DNA of 64,000 nt. Source: Deferrisomatales bacterium (GTDB taxonomy: Bacteria > Desulfobacterota > Deferrisomatia > Deferrisomatales > JACRMM01). A program made the position numbers and the translations under genes. Below, piece by piece: positions 7,739 through 17,895 of the stretch (the first letter of the stretch is position 1; each line of letters begins with the position of its first letter). The notes beneath the pieces were generated by a model. It had not been told where the DNA came from. It worked only from the letters and a program-made list of their open reading frames with translations, and did not search any database. The stretch is from contig JAWSUI010000014.1 in the NCBI GenBank assembly GCA_033551855.1, forward strand, positions 1 to 64,000. The letters run 5' to 3'.

Positions 7739-9988
7739 TCACTCCTCCCGGCCCTCCAGGGCCTCGAGCACGCGCTCGAGGGTGGCGGGCAAGCTGTGGA
7801 TTCTCGCTCCGCAAGCACGGCTCAGGGCGTTGGCCACCGCGGGTGCCGTGGGGATCAGGGCGGGCTCGCCCACCCCCTTGGCGCCGTACGGGCCCGTGGG
7901 CTCGCGGCACTCCACGAACATGGGCGTGAGCCGGGGCACGTCGAGGGCCGTGGGGACGAGATAGGTGTCGAGATTCACGTCCTGCCCGGGGCGAAACTCC
8001 TCCATGAGCGCCATCCCCAGGCCCATGGCGACTCCCCCCGTGATCTGCCCGAGCACCCCGGGTGGGTGGATGGCTCGGCCCACGTCGTGGGCGGCGGCAA
8101 GCCGTTCCACCTGCACCTGCGCCGTGGCCCGGTCCACCGCCACCTGTGCGACCTGGGCGGCAAAGGCGTAGGTGCCGTAGGGCCGCCCCTGGCCGGTTCG
8201 GTGATCGAGGGCGGAGGTGTCCGGGTCGAAGCTCCCCGCCTCCCGGGCGGCCTCGCCGGCAGCTGCAAAGGCTGCTGCCAGCCGCTCGAGCCCCAGGCCG
8301 CGCGAGGGACAGGAGCGGCTCCGCACCGCCCGGTCCGCCAGCTCCAGGTCCCCCCGGGGCACCTCCAGGAGCACTCCGGCCCGGGCCAGGAGCCGGTCCC
8401 GCAGCCGCAGGGTCGCGTCGAGCACCGCGCCCCCCGAGATGTAGGTCTGGCGGCTCGCGGAGGTCGACCCTGCGTTGGTGGTACGGCCCGTGTCGCCGCG
8501 CACCAAGCGCAGCCGGGCCGGCTCCGTCCCCAGTGCCTCGGCGCACACCGCCAGGAGCACTTGGTCCGAGCCCTGCCCGATGTCGGCGGCGCCGGTGAAG
8601 AGGGTGAAGCGCCCGTCGGAGCCCAGCTCCACCTGGGCGGTGGAGGGGTTGGAGACGCCGGTGTTGCCGATGCCGTAGAGCATGGCGCCGACGCCGATGC
8701 CCCGCAGGTGATCCCGATCGTTGCGGCAGTTCCTGCGCCACCGGTCCCGGACCGCGTCCACCTTCTCCAGGCACGGGACGATGCCCACGCTGTGCTCGAG
8801 CACCTGCCCGGTCACCGTCACGTCCCCGGGCCGCAGGGCGTTTCGCAGCCGCAGGGCCACCGGGTCCATCCCGAGGGCCTCGGCCAGGAGGTCCATCTGG
8901 CTCTCGTGGCCGAAGGCCGCCTGGGGGGTGCCGAAGCCGCGCATCGCCCCGGAAAAGGGGTGGTTGGTGTACACTGCCCGGGAGCGGATGCGGGCGTGGG
9001 GTACCCGGTAGGGGCCGGCGGCGTGAACCGCCGCCCGCATCGCCACGGCCAGCGCATAGGAGGCGTAGGCGCCGGTGTCGGCCAGGAGGTCCGCCTCCAC
9101 CGCCAGGAGGTTCCCCTCGGCGTCGGCGGCGCTGCGGTAGCGCATGACGAAGGGGTGTCGCTTGCCCGACGCGAGGAAGGACTCCTCCCGGGAGTACACC
9201 AGGCGCGAGGGTCGGCCCGTGTGCCAGGTGGCGAGCGCGACGTAGAGCTGTGCCGAGAGGTCGAGCTTGCCCCCGAAGCCTCCCCCGGTGGGGGCCTGGA
9301 TCACCCGCACCTGCTCCGCAGGCAGTCCCAGGAGCCGGCAGAGATCGTCCCGGTCGTAGTGGGGGTTCTGGGTGGAGCACGTCACGGTCAGCACGCCGTT
9401 CCCGTCCCGATGGGCAACCGCGGCCTCCGGCTCGAGGTAGGCGTGCTCGATCCAGGTGGTGCGGTAGGTGCGCTCCACCACCGCAGCAGCCCGGGAGAAG
9501 GCCGCCTCAACGTCTCCCCGCTCCACCCGCTGCTCGAAGCACAGGTTGCCCTTCTCGTGGATGGGTGCCGCCCCCGCGGCCAACGCCTCCTCGAGGCTCG
9601 TGATCGCGGGCAGGGGTTCGTAGGCCACGGCGACCCGGCTCGCCCCCAGGGCCGCGGCTTCCGGCGTTTCTGCCGCCACCAGGGCCACCGCATCTCCCAC
9701 CATGCGCACCCGGTCCGAGAGCAGGGCCTGGTCCGCGGTGAGCCGGATGATGCCGTAACGGTTCTCCCCCGGCACGTCGGCCGCGGTGAAGATGCGCACG
9801 ACGCCGGGCACCGCGAGCGCCGAGGCGGTGCGGACCTCGGCGACCCGGGCGTGGGCCTCGGTGGAACGCACCACCGCGAGGTGCAGGAGCCCGGGCACCT
9901 TGAGGTCGGCCGTGAAGCGAAGGGTCCCCAGGACCTTTCCCAGGGTGTCGCGGCGGGGGGCGCGGGAGCCGACGGCGCGAAGGCTCAC
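7739..9988 (-). CDS. Xanthine-dehydrogenase-family molybdopterin-binding subunit (probable nicotinate dehydrogenase large subunit)
   Basis: HAYLEPE, GGGFGGK, AMRGFGTPQ, DIGQG, TSASRQT, GAKGVGEPA. GTG start overlaps the stop of the FAD subunit. Confidence 0.92.
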   Translation of the reverse strand: MSLRAVGSRAPRRDTLGKVLGTLRFTADLKVPGLLHLAVVRSTEAHARVAEVRTASALAVPGVVRIFTAADVPGENRYGIIRLTADQALLSDRVRMVGDAVALVAAETPEAAALGASRVAVAYEPLPAITSLEEALAAGAAPIHEKGNLCFEQRVERGDVEAAFSRAAAVVERTYRTTWIEHAYLEPEAAVAHRDGNGVLTVTCSTQNPHYDRDDLCRLLGLPAEQVRVIQAPTGGGFGGKLDLSAQLYVALATWHTGRPSRLVYSREESFLASGKRHPFVMRYRSAADAEGNLLAVEADLLADTGAYASYALAVAMRAAVHAAGPYRVPHARIRSRAVYTNHPFSGAMRGFGTPQAAFGHESQMDLLAEALGMDPVALRLRNALRPGDVTVTGQVLEHSVGIVPCLEKVDAVRDRWRRNCRNDRDHLRGIGVGAMLYGIGNTGVSNPSTAQVELGSDGRFTLFTGAADIGQGSDQVLLAVCAEALGTEPARLRLVRGDTGRTTNAGSTSASRQTYISGGAVLDATLRLRDRLLARAGVLLEVPRGDLELADRAVRSRSCPSRGLGLERLAAAFAAAGEAAREAGSFDPDTSALDHRTGQGRPYGTYAFAAQVAQVAVDRATAQVQVERLAAAHDVGRAIHPPGVLGQITGGVAMGLGMALMEEFRPGQDVNLDTYLVPTALDVPRLTPMFVECREPTGPYGAKGVGEPALIPTAPAVANALSRACGARIHSLPATLERVLEALEGREE

Positions 9989-10857
9989 GGCTCGTCCTCC
10001 CCCCGGCCCGCGGCAAACGCCTCGAGAGCCTGGCGCAGTGCTCTGGTCACGCAGTGCCGGGTGACCGGCAGCTTGTAGGCCATGGACGCGCGACCCCCCG
10101 AGATCTCCCGCACTGCGGCTTCGGCGGCCCGGCCGGCCTCCTCCAGGAAGGCCTCGCCGAACCCCCGTCGGAGCGCCTCCTCGGCTGCTGCGATGCGGCC
10201 CGGGCGGGGAAAGACGGCCCCCACGGCGATCCGGGCGAGCCCAGCTTCCGGGTTCACCATGGCCGCCACCGAGAGGCGGCTGATGGCAGCGGCCCGGCGG
10301 CGTCCCACCTTGAGGAAGGCTGCGCCGTGGGCAGGCTGCAGGGGGAGGCGGATGGCCGACAGGAGCTCCCCGGTCCCGAGGCACGTCTGCCCCGGGCAGC
10401 GAAAGAACTCTTCCAGCGGCACCCTGCGCCTCCCGCCCGACCCCGCGACTTCGAAACGGGCGCGGAGGGCGGCCAGCGCCGGCAGGGTGTCGGCGGCCGC
10501 CGAGGCGTTTACCGCATTGCCGCCCAGGGTGCCAAGGTTTCGGATCTGCACCGACCCCACGGTCGCGCAGGCCCTCGCCAGCACGGGGGCCAGGCGGCGA
10601 ACCAGAGGGCTCTCGGCCGCCTCGGCGTGGGTGACCGCGGCACCCAGGAGGAGCGTGCCGTCCTCCTCCTCCCGGAGCACCCGGAGCTCGGGCACCCGGG
10701 TGACGTCCACCACGGCGCGGGGCGCTACCTTGCCGTGGCGCACCGCCACCATCAGGTCCGTACCTCCCGCCACCGCACGGGTCCCCTCGCCGCCGCGCTG
10801 AAGGGCTTCGAGGGCTTCTTCCAGGGTGGCGGGCCTCAGGTAGCGGAACCCGCTCAT
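9985..10857 (-). CDS. Molybdenum hydroxylase FAD-binding subunit
   Basis: FRYLRPATLEEAL, AGGTDL, VGSVQIRNLGTLGGN. Confidence 0.92.
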   Translation of the reverse strand: MSGFRYLRPATLEEALEALQRGGEGTRAVAGGTDLMVAVRHGKVAPRAVVDVTRVPELRVLREEEDGTLLLGAAVTHAEAAESPLVRRLAPVLARACATVGSVQIRNLGTLGGNAVNASAAADTLPALAALRARFEVAGSGGRRRVPLEEFFRCPGQTCLGTGELLSAIRLPLQPAHGAAFLKVGRRRAAAISRLSVAAMVNPEAGLARIAVGAVFPRPGRIAAAEEALRRGFGEAFLEEAGRAAEAAVREISGGRASMAYKLPVTRHCVTRALRQALEAFAAGRGEDEP

Positions 10858-11369
10858 CCCGAAGCCCCCCGCTCCCGCGCCGCGTCGCGGGCCGCCGCGT
10901 GCACCGCGTCCACGATCTGGTTGTAGCCCGTGCAGCGGCACAGATTCCCGGACAGGGCGACCCTGATCTCGTCCCGGGTTGGGTCGGGGCGGCGCGCCAG
11001 GAGCGCCGCGGCCGACAGCAGCATGCCCGGCGTGCAGAAGCCGCACTGCACCGCGCCCTTCTCCACGAAGCGCTCCTGGAGCGGGTGGAGCGCCTCGGGC
11101 CCACCGAGCCCTTCGACGGTGCGGACGTCGCGCCCCTCGGCCTTGCCGGCCAGCACCAGGCACGCGTTCACCGTCCGGCCGTCCAGGAGCACGGTGCAGG
11201 CCCCGCACTCACCTACCCCGCATCCCTCCTTGGCGCCGATCAGGTCGAAGTGCTCGCGCAGGAGCCACAGGAGCGTGCGGTGGGGCTCCGCCTCGGCCTC
11301 CACGGCCCGCCCGTTGAGGGTGAAGGAAATCACGAGTCTTCCGTCGGCCGGGAGGGCTGTCGTCGCCAC
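10854..11369 (-). CDS. Molybdenum hydroxylase (2Fe-2S) subunit
   Basis: GAKEGCGVGECGACTV, QCGFCTPG, GNLCRCTGY. Start is a GTG at 11369 or 11375 after GAGGAG. Confidence 0.92.
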   Translation of the reverse strand: MATTALPADGRLVISFTLNGRAVEAEAEPHRTLLWLLREHFDLIGAKEGCGVGECGACTVLLDGRTVNACLVLAGKAEGRDVRTVEGLGGPEALHPLQERFVEKGAVQCGFCTPGMLLSAAALLARRPDPTRDEIRVALSGNLCRCTGYNQIVDAVHAAARDAARERGASG

Positions 11370-11380
11370 GTCCACGCTCC

Positions 11381-12694
11381 TCAGCGCAGCATCATGCGGG
11401 GCAGATACAGGGCGATCTGGGGAAACACGGTGACCAGCACGACCACCGCGAAGATGGCGAGCAAGAACGGTGCTGCTCCCCGGAAGATCCGCTCCACGGG
11501 CACGTCGCCGGCCACCCCGGCGACGGTGAAGACGTTCAGACCCATGGGGGGCGTGATGAGGCCCGCCTCCATCATGAGGACCGCGATCACACCGAACCAG
11601 ATGGGATGGAAGCCCAGGGCCGTGACGACCGGGAAGATCACCGGCATGGTCAAGACCATCATCGAGATGGCATCCAGGAAACAGCCGAGGAAGAGGAACG
11701 TGACCAGGATCGCGGCGAGGATGACGTAGCGCGACACCTCCAGGTCCCCCGCCCACATCGCCACCTGCATCGGGATGGTGGACAGGGCCAGGAAGTAGCT
11801 GAAAACGTTGGCCCCGGCCACCAGGAAGAGCACCATGACCGAGATGCGCACGGCCTCCCGCAGGGCCTCCACCAGGGTCCGCCAGGTCAGCACCCCCTTC
11901 AGCAGCGCGACGAGCAGCAGCACCGTCGCGCCGACGGCCCCGGCCTCGGTGGGGGTGAAGAACCCCAGGTAGATCCCCCCCATCACCAGGACGAAGAGCA
12001 GCAGCGGCTCCCACACGCCCCGGAGCGATGCGAACCGCTCGCCCCAGGTGACCGTTCCGCTCTGGCCGGGGGCCAGACGCGGGTTGACCTTCACGAGCAC
12101 CACGATGATGGCCACGTAGGCCAGGGAGAGCAGGAGCCCCGGCAGGATCCCGGCAACCAGAAGCCGGCCCACGGACTGCTCCGTGAGCATGGCGTACACC
12201 ACGAAACCGATGCTGGGGGGGATGAGGAAACCCAGGGTACCGCCCGCCGCCACGCTGCCCGTCGCCAGCCGGGGGTCGTACCCGTAGCGCTTCATCTCGG
12301 GCAGGGCAACCGTCCCCATGGCTGCCGCGGTGGCCACCGACGAACCGGAGACCGCCGAGAAGCCCGCACAGGCGCCGATCGTGGCCACGCCGAGGCCCCC
12401 CGGCAGCCTTCCCAGCCACTTGTCGAAGGCCGCGTAGAGATCGCGGGTGAGGCCGGAGCTCCCGGCGAACCCCCCCATGACGACGAAGAGGGGGATGACG
12501 GTGTACGGGTAGTAGGCCGACACCTCGTACACGGTCCGAGCCACCACGGGGAGGGCCGCCTGGAAGGATGCCAGGTAGGCGATCCCCGAAAACCCCACCA
12601 GCATGAGGGCGAAGGCTATGGGCATGCCGAGGAAGAGGAGCACGAAGACGGCGGCCGTGCCCAGGACGCCAGCGGTCACAGGGTCAAGGCTCAT
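11381..12694 (-). CDS. dctM: TRAP transporter large permease
   Basis: LGMPIAFAL, SGSSVATAAAMG, GGTLGFLIPPS, FTPTEAGAVG, GLITPPMGLN. Confidence 0.93.
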   Translation of the reverse strand: MSLDPVTAGVLGTAAVFVLLFLGMPIAFALMLVGFSGIAYLASFQAALPVVARTVYEVSAYYPYTVIPLFVVMGGFAGSSGLTRDLYAAFDKWLGRLPGGLGVATIGACAGFSAVSGSSVATAAAMGTVALPEMKRYGYDPRLATGSVAAGGTLGFLIPPSIGFVVYAMLTEQSVGRLLVAGILPGLLLSLAYVAIIVVLVKVNPRLAPGQSGTVTWGERFASLRGVWEPLLLFVLVMGGIYLGFFTPTEAGAVGATVLLLVALLKGVLTWRTLVEALREAVRISVMVLFLVAGANVFSYFLALSTIPMQVAMWAGDLEVSRYVILAAILVTFLFLGCFLDAISMMVLTMPVIFPVVTALGFHPIWFGVIAVLMMEAGLITPPMGLNVFTVAGVAGDVPVERIFRGAAPFLLAIFAVVVLVTVFPQIALYLPRMMLR

Positions 12695-13179
12695 CGCCTC
12701 ACCAGCCTTGCGGTCGCCTCCGCGAGATCGAGGAGGAGCTCCAGGAAGAGGGCGGCCCCGGCTACCGCCACCAGGAGGCGAAAGGGCTTCTGGGGCACCC
12801 GGAGCATGTCCGAAACCGCCCGCTCCTCCATCCCCAGGACCCAGCCCTGCCAGGCCAGGACCCCGACGATGCCGAGGCTCAGGACCGTGGTGAAGATCTG
12901 CAGGGCGGCGGCACCCCGCGCCGGCAGGCGGGATGTGAGCATCTCCACCCGAACGTGCCCCTTCACCTGTTGGGTGTACCCGATACCGAGGAGGACGAAG
13001 ACCGCCAGGAGATAGCTCGAGAGCTCCACCGCCCCGGGGATGGGGCGGGACCAGGCGGCCCGCCCCACCACCTCGGCGGAGGTCAGCAGCATGAGGGGCA
13101 GCAGCGCGAACATCCCGGCGAAGGAAAGTCCGTAGGTCGTCGCGCGAACGGCCCGCCGTAACCCGCTGAGGATCTCCAT
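12691..13179 (-). CDS. dctQ: TRAP transporter small permease
   Basis: Four hydrophobic segments, PIPGAVEL, GHVRVEML; lies between dctP and dctM. Confidence 0.9.
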   Translation of the reverse strand: MEILSGLRRAVRATTYGLSFAGMFALLPLMLLTSAEVVGRAAWSRPIPGAVELSSYLLAVFVLLGIGYTQQVKGHVRVEMLTSRLPARGAAALQIFTTVLSLGIVGVLAWQGWVLGMEERAVSDMLRVPQKPFRLLVAVAGAALFLELLLDLAEATARLVRR

Positions 13180-13469
13180 GGTCTCCCACTCTTCCCTGTG
13201 GTTGGCGATCCGCCCTCTTCCTTCACGCGGGGCTTCACCTCAGGCTGCCAAGGCCTGGTCGGCCCGGGAGCCTCCCCTCCGGCGGCCCGGGATCCCGCAG
13301 GGTGGGCGCCGCCCACCGCGACCACGGCCACGCGCGGACCACGTCGGGGTACGCCCTCGCAGGCTAGCCCGACCTGCGGCTACCGGCGCGCTGCGCGGTC
13401 ACCGTGCTGCGACCCCCGCGGGACAACCGACCACGAGCGACGAGCAACCTACAGCGCGCCCCGTGCGCC

Positions 13470-14537
13470 CTAATGCCACTCCTGGGGGAAGGCCTCGCAC
13501 TTGGCGCCCGCCTCCTCGGCGATCCGGTTGTACATGATCACGGAGTCCTTCGCCGCCAGCCCCTTGGCCTCGAGGCTGTCCACCCACTTGCGGGTCTCCT
13601 CCTGGAACCGGGCCGACCAACGAGCCTGCTCCTCCAGCGGCAGCTCGTACAGGGTGACGCCCGTGTCCTGGATCTCCTGCATCATGGTCTTGTAGACATC
13701 GCGGTTCAGGCCGTGGGTGGTCCCGAAGGGGTTCCCGACGACCTCGAGAATGATCGGCTTCAGGTCCTCCGGGGTCCGTTCCCAGCTCTTCTCGTTCATC
13801 ACCACCCCCTCGGTGACGCATCCGAAAGTGGCCACGACCCCGTGTTTCACCACCTCGTGGAGCTTGAACGCGAGGACCAGAGGCGAGCAGGTCACGACGC
13901 CGTCGATCGTCCCGGTCTCGAGGGAGAGGTAGACGTCGCCCAGGGGCATGAACACGGGTTCTGCGCCGATGCTCTTGATGTAGTTGGTCTGATGGCCGCC
14001 GGGGCTTCGGATCTTGAGGCCCCTGACGTCCTCCAGATTCTGGACCGGCCTCTTCGTCCACAGGAAGGCCTGGATGCAGCCGTTGAGCTCCAGGACCTTG
14101 ACTCCCTCGAACTCCTTGTGAAGGACCTCGTCGTGCATCCTGTTCCCGATCTCGGTCGAGACGTCCTTGCCCTCCGTCCAGGTCGCCAGGGAGAGGACGT
14201 CGGAAAGCGGAAACCGGCCCGGCGTCCAGGTCGCGGTGAAGTAGCCCATGTCCGACAGGCCGTTCTTCACGATGTCGAAGTGCTCCGGACCGGACCCCAG
14301 GGCCCCGCCCGCGAAGAGGGTGTAAGTTATCCGTCCGTTGCTGCGCTTCTTGAGCTCCTCGAGCATCGGTGCCCAGACCGTGCGCACTTCGCGGCTCGCC
14401 GGCGGGTGCCAGGTGCTGAACTTGATGTGCATCGTGGGCTCGGAGGCACCGGCACCGCCGGCAACGGTCAGGGCGACCGCCACGCCCGCCAGGAAGGTCA
14501 CCCATCTACCCGCTCTGCTCTGCGTCCGGATCTTCAT
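13470..14537 (-). CDS. dctP: TRAP transporter periplasmic substrate-binding protein
   Basis: Signal peptide, SNGRITYTLFAGGALG, TPGRFPL, LEDVRGLKIRSPG, DVYLSLETGTIDG. Confidence 0.92.
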   Translation of the reverse strand: MKIRTQSRAGRWVTFLAGVAVALTVAGGAGASEPTMHIKFSTWHPPASREVRTVWAPMLEELKKRSNGRITYTLFAGGALGSGPEHFDIVKNGLSDMGYFTATWTPGRFPLSDVLSLATWTEGKDVSTEIGNRMHDEVLHKEFEGVKVLELNGCIQAFLWTKRPVQNLEDVRGLKIRSPGGHQTNYIKSIGAEPVFMPLGDVYLSLETGTIDGVVTCSPLVLAFKLHEVVKHGVVATFGCVTEGVVMNEKSWERTPEDLKPIILEVVGNPFGTTHGLNRDVYKTMMQEIQDTGVTLYELPLEEQARWSARFQEETRKWVDSLEAKGLAAKDSVIMYNRIAEEAGAKCEAFPQEWH

Positions 14538-14596
14538 CGCCGTCCTCCGTCGTGTGTTGGGGTTGCTCAGCCGTGCCGAACGTCCACGAAATCCGG

Positions 14597-15145
14597 CTAC
14601 CACGTGGGCGGTGCCACCACCCACACCACCTCGACCTCCTCATCACCCTCGTTGACCCAGCGGTGGGGCACCCGGCAGGAATAGTAGAAGCTTTCCTTGG
14701 GCCGAACTCGATAGGTATTCTCGCCCACGGTGATGGTGAGGGTACCGTGAAGCACCACTCCGAACTCCTCCCCCACGTGGCTGTAGGCATCGTGGGACCC
14801 GCCCCCGGGGGCGACGACCGTGAAGAACGGCTGCATGAGCTTGCCCTCGGTCGACCCCACCAATTGCTGGATGCGGGCGTTCCAGTTGCTCAGGTAGACG
14901 TCGCGCCGATCCTCCTCGCGGGTCACCACGGGCTCGGTGGTCTCCTTCTCACTGAAGAAGTCGACGATGTTCACGCCGAGGGCCTCGGCGATTCGCTTGA
15001 GGGTCGCGATGGAGGGGGAGGTGTGGCCGTTCTCGATCTGCGAGAGGTGGGCACCGGTGCACCCGACCTGGTCCGCGAGCTGCTTCAGGGTCAGGCGGCG
15101 GCCTTCCCGGAGGGTCCTGAGGCGGGGGCCGATGTTGTCCGGCAC
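14597..15145 (-). CDS. XRE-family HTH plus cupin transcriptional regulator
   Basis: IGPRLRTLR...LSQIENGHTSPSIATL, and cupin motif SHVGEEFGVVL...PHRWVN. Confidence 0.92.
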   Translation of the reverse strand: MPDNIGPRLRTLREGRRLTLKQLADQVGCTGAHLSQIENGHTSPSIATLKRIAEALGVNIVDFFSEKETTEPVVTREEDRRDVYLSNWNARIQQLVGSTEGKLMQPFFTVVAPGGGSHDAYSHVGEEFGVVLHGTLTITVGENTYRVRPKESFYYSCRVPHRWVNEGDEEVEVVWVVAPPTW

Positions 15146-15164
15146 GGGGCGACTCCGGAGCGAA

Positions 15165-15220
15165 AGTCCACATTAAAGTATGTTTAACGTATTTAACCCA
15201 CACTTATTCGCGCGTCAAGC
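15165..15220 (-). promoter_or_regulatory. AT-rich promoter and candidate operator of the nicotinate-type operon
   Basis: Minus strand TTGACG-17-TAAATA. Imperfect palindrome TTAAA-gtatg-TTTAA at 15173-15187 overlaps a second TTAAc-gta-tTTAA. Confidence 0.6.
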
Positions 15221-15387
15221 CCGAAACAGACAGCCGCAAGCAGAACGACTGCGGCCGGCGGCCCCATTACCTGCACGGTCCAGGTCGGCCCCGAAGCCGC
15301 GGGGCCGGTAACGGAGCCGCCGGTGTGAGTCTGCGGCACACGACACCACGCCGGGTGCCTCGCGCCCTCGCGGTCGACCTTCTGACG

Positions 15388-15420
15388 ACAGAAGGGCGAC
15401 CCGCGGGGTCGCCCTTCTGT
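15388..15420 (-). terminator. Perfect 15-bp hairpin downstream of cytochrome c3
   Basis: ACAGAAGGGCGACCC-GCG-GGGTCGCCCTTCTGT, about 22 bp after the stop codon; the U-tail is weak. Confidence 0.7.
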
Positions 15421-15442
15421 GCTGTCGCCGTTGCGAAGGCGA

Positions 15443-15787
15443 TTACTTCTTGTGGCAGTCTCCACACCGGAGCTTCTGGGCGCCGTCGTCGAAGTGGCAG
15501 GAGCGGCAGGCACCGGTGGTCCGGGCATGCATGGCGTCCTGGGCCTTCGAGACGCCGTCCTTACCCTCCACCGTGTGACAGACGCCGCACTTGGGCTCGT
15601 CGAGACCATTGTGGTGGCACTGCTCGCACTTCAAGTCCGCGTGCTTGGCGTGGTCGAAGGTCACGGGGTCCCGCTTGGCTCCTTCGGTAGCGATGGTGAT
15701 CGGCTCCGTCGGGGCAGTCGCGGCGATGGTCAGGCCCACACCGGCGCAGATCAGCACAGCAGCGGCGACAAGGATCAACTTCTTCAT
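15443..15787 (-). CDS. Tetraheme cytochrome c3 family protein
   Basis: Signal peptide, VTFDHAKH, four CxxCH motifs (CEQCHH, CGVCH, CRSCH, CGDCH). RBS GGAGG before the ATG at 15787. Confidence 0.9.
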   Translation of the reverse strand: MKKLILVAAAVLICAGVGLTIAATAPTEPITIATEGAKRDPVTFDHAKHADLKCEQCHHNGLDEPKCGVCHTVEGKDGVSKAQDAMHARTTGACRSCHFDDGAQKLRCGDCHKK

Positions 15788-15986
15788 GGCATTTCCTCCT
15801 CCCGTGATGGTGACGGCGCCTCTCCCAATGGAAGCGCCCCTGTACTCGCGGATCGCGGCCCTGTATAGCACCGCACCCCGGGGCGGTCAAGCGGGCCCGG
15901 TCACCAGCGCGCTCGGACGCCAAATTCCACCGACTGCCCAGCGGGCGGGGCCCGCCCCGGCCGGCGAGTGGCCCTGATCCCCGCCC

Positions 15987-17261
15987 TCAGCACCTCTCGA
16001 GGGCCTTGCGCCCGATGTCGGTGCGGTAGTGGGCCCCCGGCCAGGAAATGGCACCCACGGCATCGTACGCCCGCCGGAGGGCCTGGTCCACCCCATCCCC
16101 CAGGGCCGTCACCCCCAGCACCCTCCCGCCGGCGGTCACGACCTTTCCGTCGCTCCTCCGGGTGCCCGCGTGAAACACCACGATGTCGGGATCCCGCCCC
16201 GCTTCCTCCAGGCCGCGGATCTCGACCCCCTTCGGATAGCTGCCGGGGTATCCCTGGGAGGCCATGACCACGCAGACGGCAGCCCGGTGGTCCCACTCCA
16301 ACTCCACGTGCTCGAGCCGGCCGTCGATGCAGGCTTCGAGAACCGGAACCAGGTCCCCTTTCATCCGCATCACGATGGGCTGGCACTCCGGGTCGCCGAA
16401 ACGGCAGTTGAACTCGAGGACCTTGAGGCCCCCGTCCCGGATCATCAGGCCCGCGTACAACACCCCCACGTACGGCGTCCCTTCCGCGGCCATCCCCTCG
16501 ACCATCGGGCGGACGACGGTGTCCACCGCGGCCTGGAAGAGGTCCGGGCTCAAGACCGGTGCCGGGCTGTAGGCCCCCATCCCCCCCGTGTTCGGGCCCC
16601 GGTCGCCGTCGAAGACGGGCTTGTGGTCCTGGCTCGATGCCATGGGAAGCACGGTCTTGCCGTCGCAGTAGGCGAGGAAGCTCGCCTCCTCCCCCTCCAG
16701 GAACTCTTCCACCACCACGGTGCGCCCCGCCTCGCCGAAGGCGCGCTCCACCATCATGGACTCCACGCCTTCCAGGGCCTCCTCCACCGTGCGGGCGACG
16801 ATCACCCCCTTCCCCGCCGCGAGGCCGTCGGCCTTCACCACGAGGGGCGCGCCCTTCTCCCGGATGTAGGCCCTGGCCTCGCCGGGTTCGGTGAACTCCC
16901 GGTACTCCCCCGTGGGAACCCCGAACCGGGCCATCTTGGCCTTGGCGAACGCCTTGGAGCCCTCGAGGCGAGCTGCAGCCCGGCTGGGCCCGAACACCCG
17001 CAGCCCTCGCTCTCGGAACCGATCCGTCAGCCCCAGGACCAGGGGCCCTTCGGGGCCCACGACCGTCAAGCCGATCCCCTCGGCCTCGGCGAACGCGGCG
17101 AGCCCCTCTACGTTCTCCGCGTCGAGGGCGACGTTGTGGGCCAGCCCCTCTGTGCCCGCGTTTCCCGGGGCGGCATAGACTCGGGAGACCTTGGGACTCT
17201 GGGCGATCTTCCACACCAGGGCGTGCTCGCGCCCCCCGCCGCCCACCACCAGGACCTTCAT
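15987..17261 (-). CDS. purD: Phosphoribosylamine-glycine ligase
   Basis: [52 protein letters not shown]. Confidence 0.97.
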   Translation of the reverse strand: MKVLVVGGGGREHALVWKIAQSPKVSRVYAAPGNAGTEGLAHNVALDAENVEGLAAFAEAEGIGLTVVGPEGPLVLGLTDRFRERGLRVFGPSRAAARLEGSKAFAKAKMARFGVPTGEYREFTEPGEARAYIREKGAPLVVKADGLAAGKGVIVARTVEEALEGVESMMVERAFGEAGRTVVVEEFLEGEEASFLAYCDGKTVLPMASSQDHKPVFDGDRGPNTGGMGAYSPAPVLSPDLFQAAVDTVVRPMVEGMAAEGTPYVGVLYAGLMIRDGGLKVLEFNCRFGDPECQPIVMRMKGDLVPVLEACIDGRLEHVELEWDHRAAVCVVMASQGYPGSYPKGVEIRGLEEAGRDPDIVVFHAGTRRSDGKVVTAGGRVLGVTALGDGVDQALRRAYDAVGAISWPGAHYRTDIGRKALERC

Positions 17262-17854
17262 GCCCCTCTCCCCTCCAGCCACCCACTGATCGCTGCGTCG
17301 TAACGGGCCGTGCGCCCGAAGGCCTTCGCCGCGAGCTCGAAGCGCAGCTCCGGGCTCGTTTCGCCCCCGAGTCGGTCCAGCTCGTCCAGGACCCGGGGGT
17401 AGTCCGCCGGATCGACCACCACCGTCACGTGCCGGTGGTTCTTGGCCGACGCCCGGATCATGCACGGGCCTCCGATATCGATCTGCTCCACCGCCTCCTC
17501 GAGGGAGCAACCCTCCCGGGAGACCGTCTGTTCGAAGGGATACAGGTTCACGGCGACGAGGTCGATCGGCTCGATGCCGTGGGCCTTCATCTGGGCAGCG
17601 TGCTCCGGTCGGTCCCGCAGACCCAGGATCCCTCCGTGGATCTTCGGGTGCAGCGTCTTGACCCGTCCGTCCAGCATTTCCGGGAAACCGGTGTAGGCGC
17701 TCACTTCGGTGACCGCCACCCCCGCCTCTCGAAGCATCCGGGCCGTACCCCCGGTGGACAGGAGCTCCACACCCCTTCGGGCGAGCCCGGCGGCGAACTC
17801 CACTACCCCCTCCTTGTCCGAGACGCTCACGATCGCCCTGCCCACTCTCGCCAT
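17258..17854 (-). CDS. purH: IMP cyclohydrolase (stand-alone PurH N-terminal domain)
   Basis: [30 protein letters not shown]. Only 198 aa, with no AICAR transformylase domain. Confidence 0.9.
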   Translation of the reverse strand: MARVGRAIVSVSDKEGVVEFAAGLARRGVELLSTGGTARMLREAGVAVTEVSAYTGFPEMLDGRVKTLHPKIHGGILGLRDRPEHAAQMKAHGIEPIDLVAVNLYPFEQTVSREGCSLEEAVEQIDIGGPCMIRASAKNHRHVTVVVDPADYPRVLDELDRLGGETSPELRFELAAKAFGRTARYDAAISGWLEGRGA

Positions 17855-17895
17855 CAGCCGTCCTCCCGCGTCGCGCTTCGGTCCGCCGCCCGCCC

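Noticed and set aside
7739..9988. Selenium dependence of the Mo hydroxylase
   Set aside because: No in-frame TGA and no selenium maturation genes in the window; a labile Se ligand cannot be read from sequence.
7739..13189. Apparent gene fusions in the ORF track (1121-aa Mo subunit, 521-aa Fe-S, 602-aa DctM, 640-aa PurD, 874-aa AEC)
   Set aside because: The N-terminal extensions are read-through of neighbouring genes in another frame; true starts with RBS or stop-start overlaps lie downstream.
13180..13470. 290-bp gap between dctP and dctQ as a riboswitch or sRNA
   Set aside because: No recognisable aptamer motif; only a short heptamer array and GC-rich stems.
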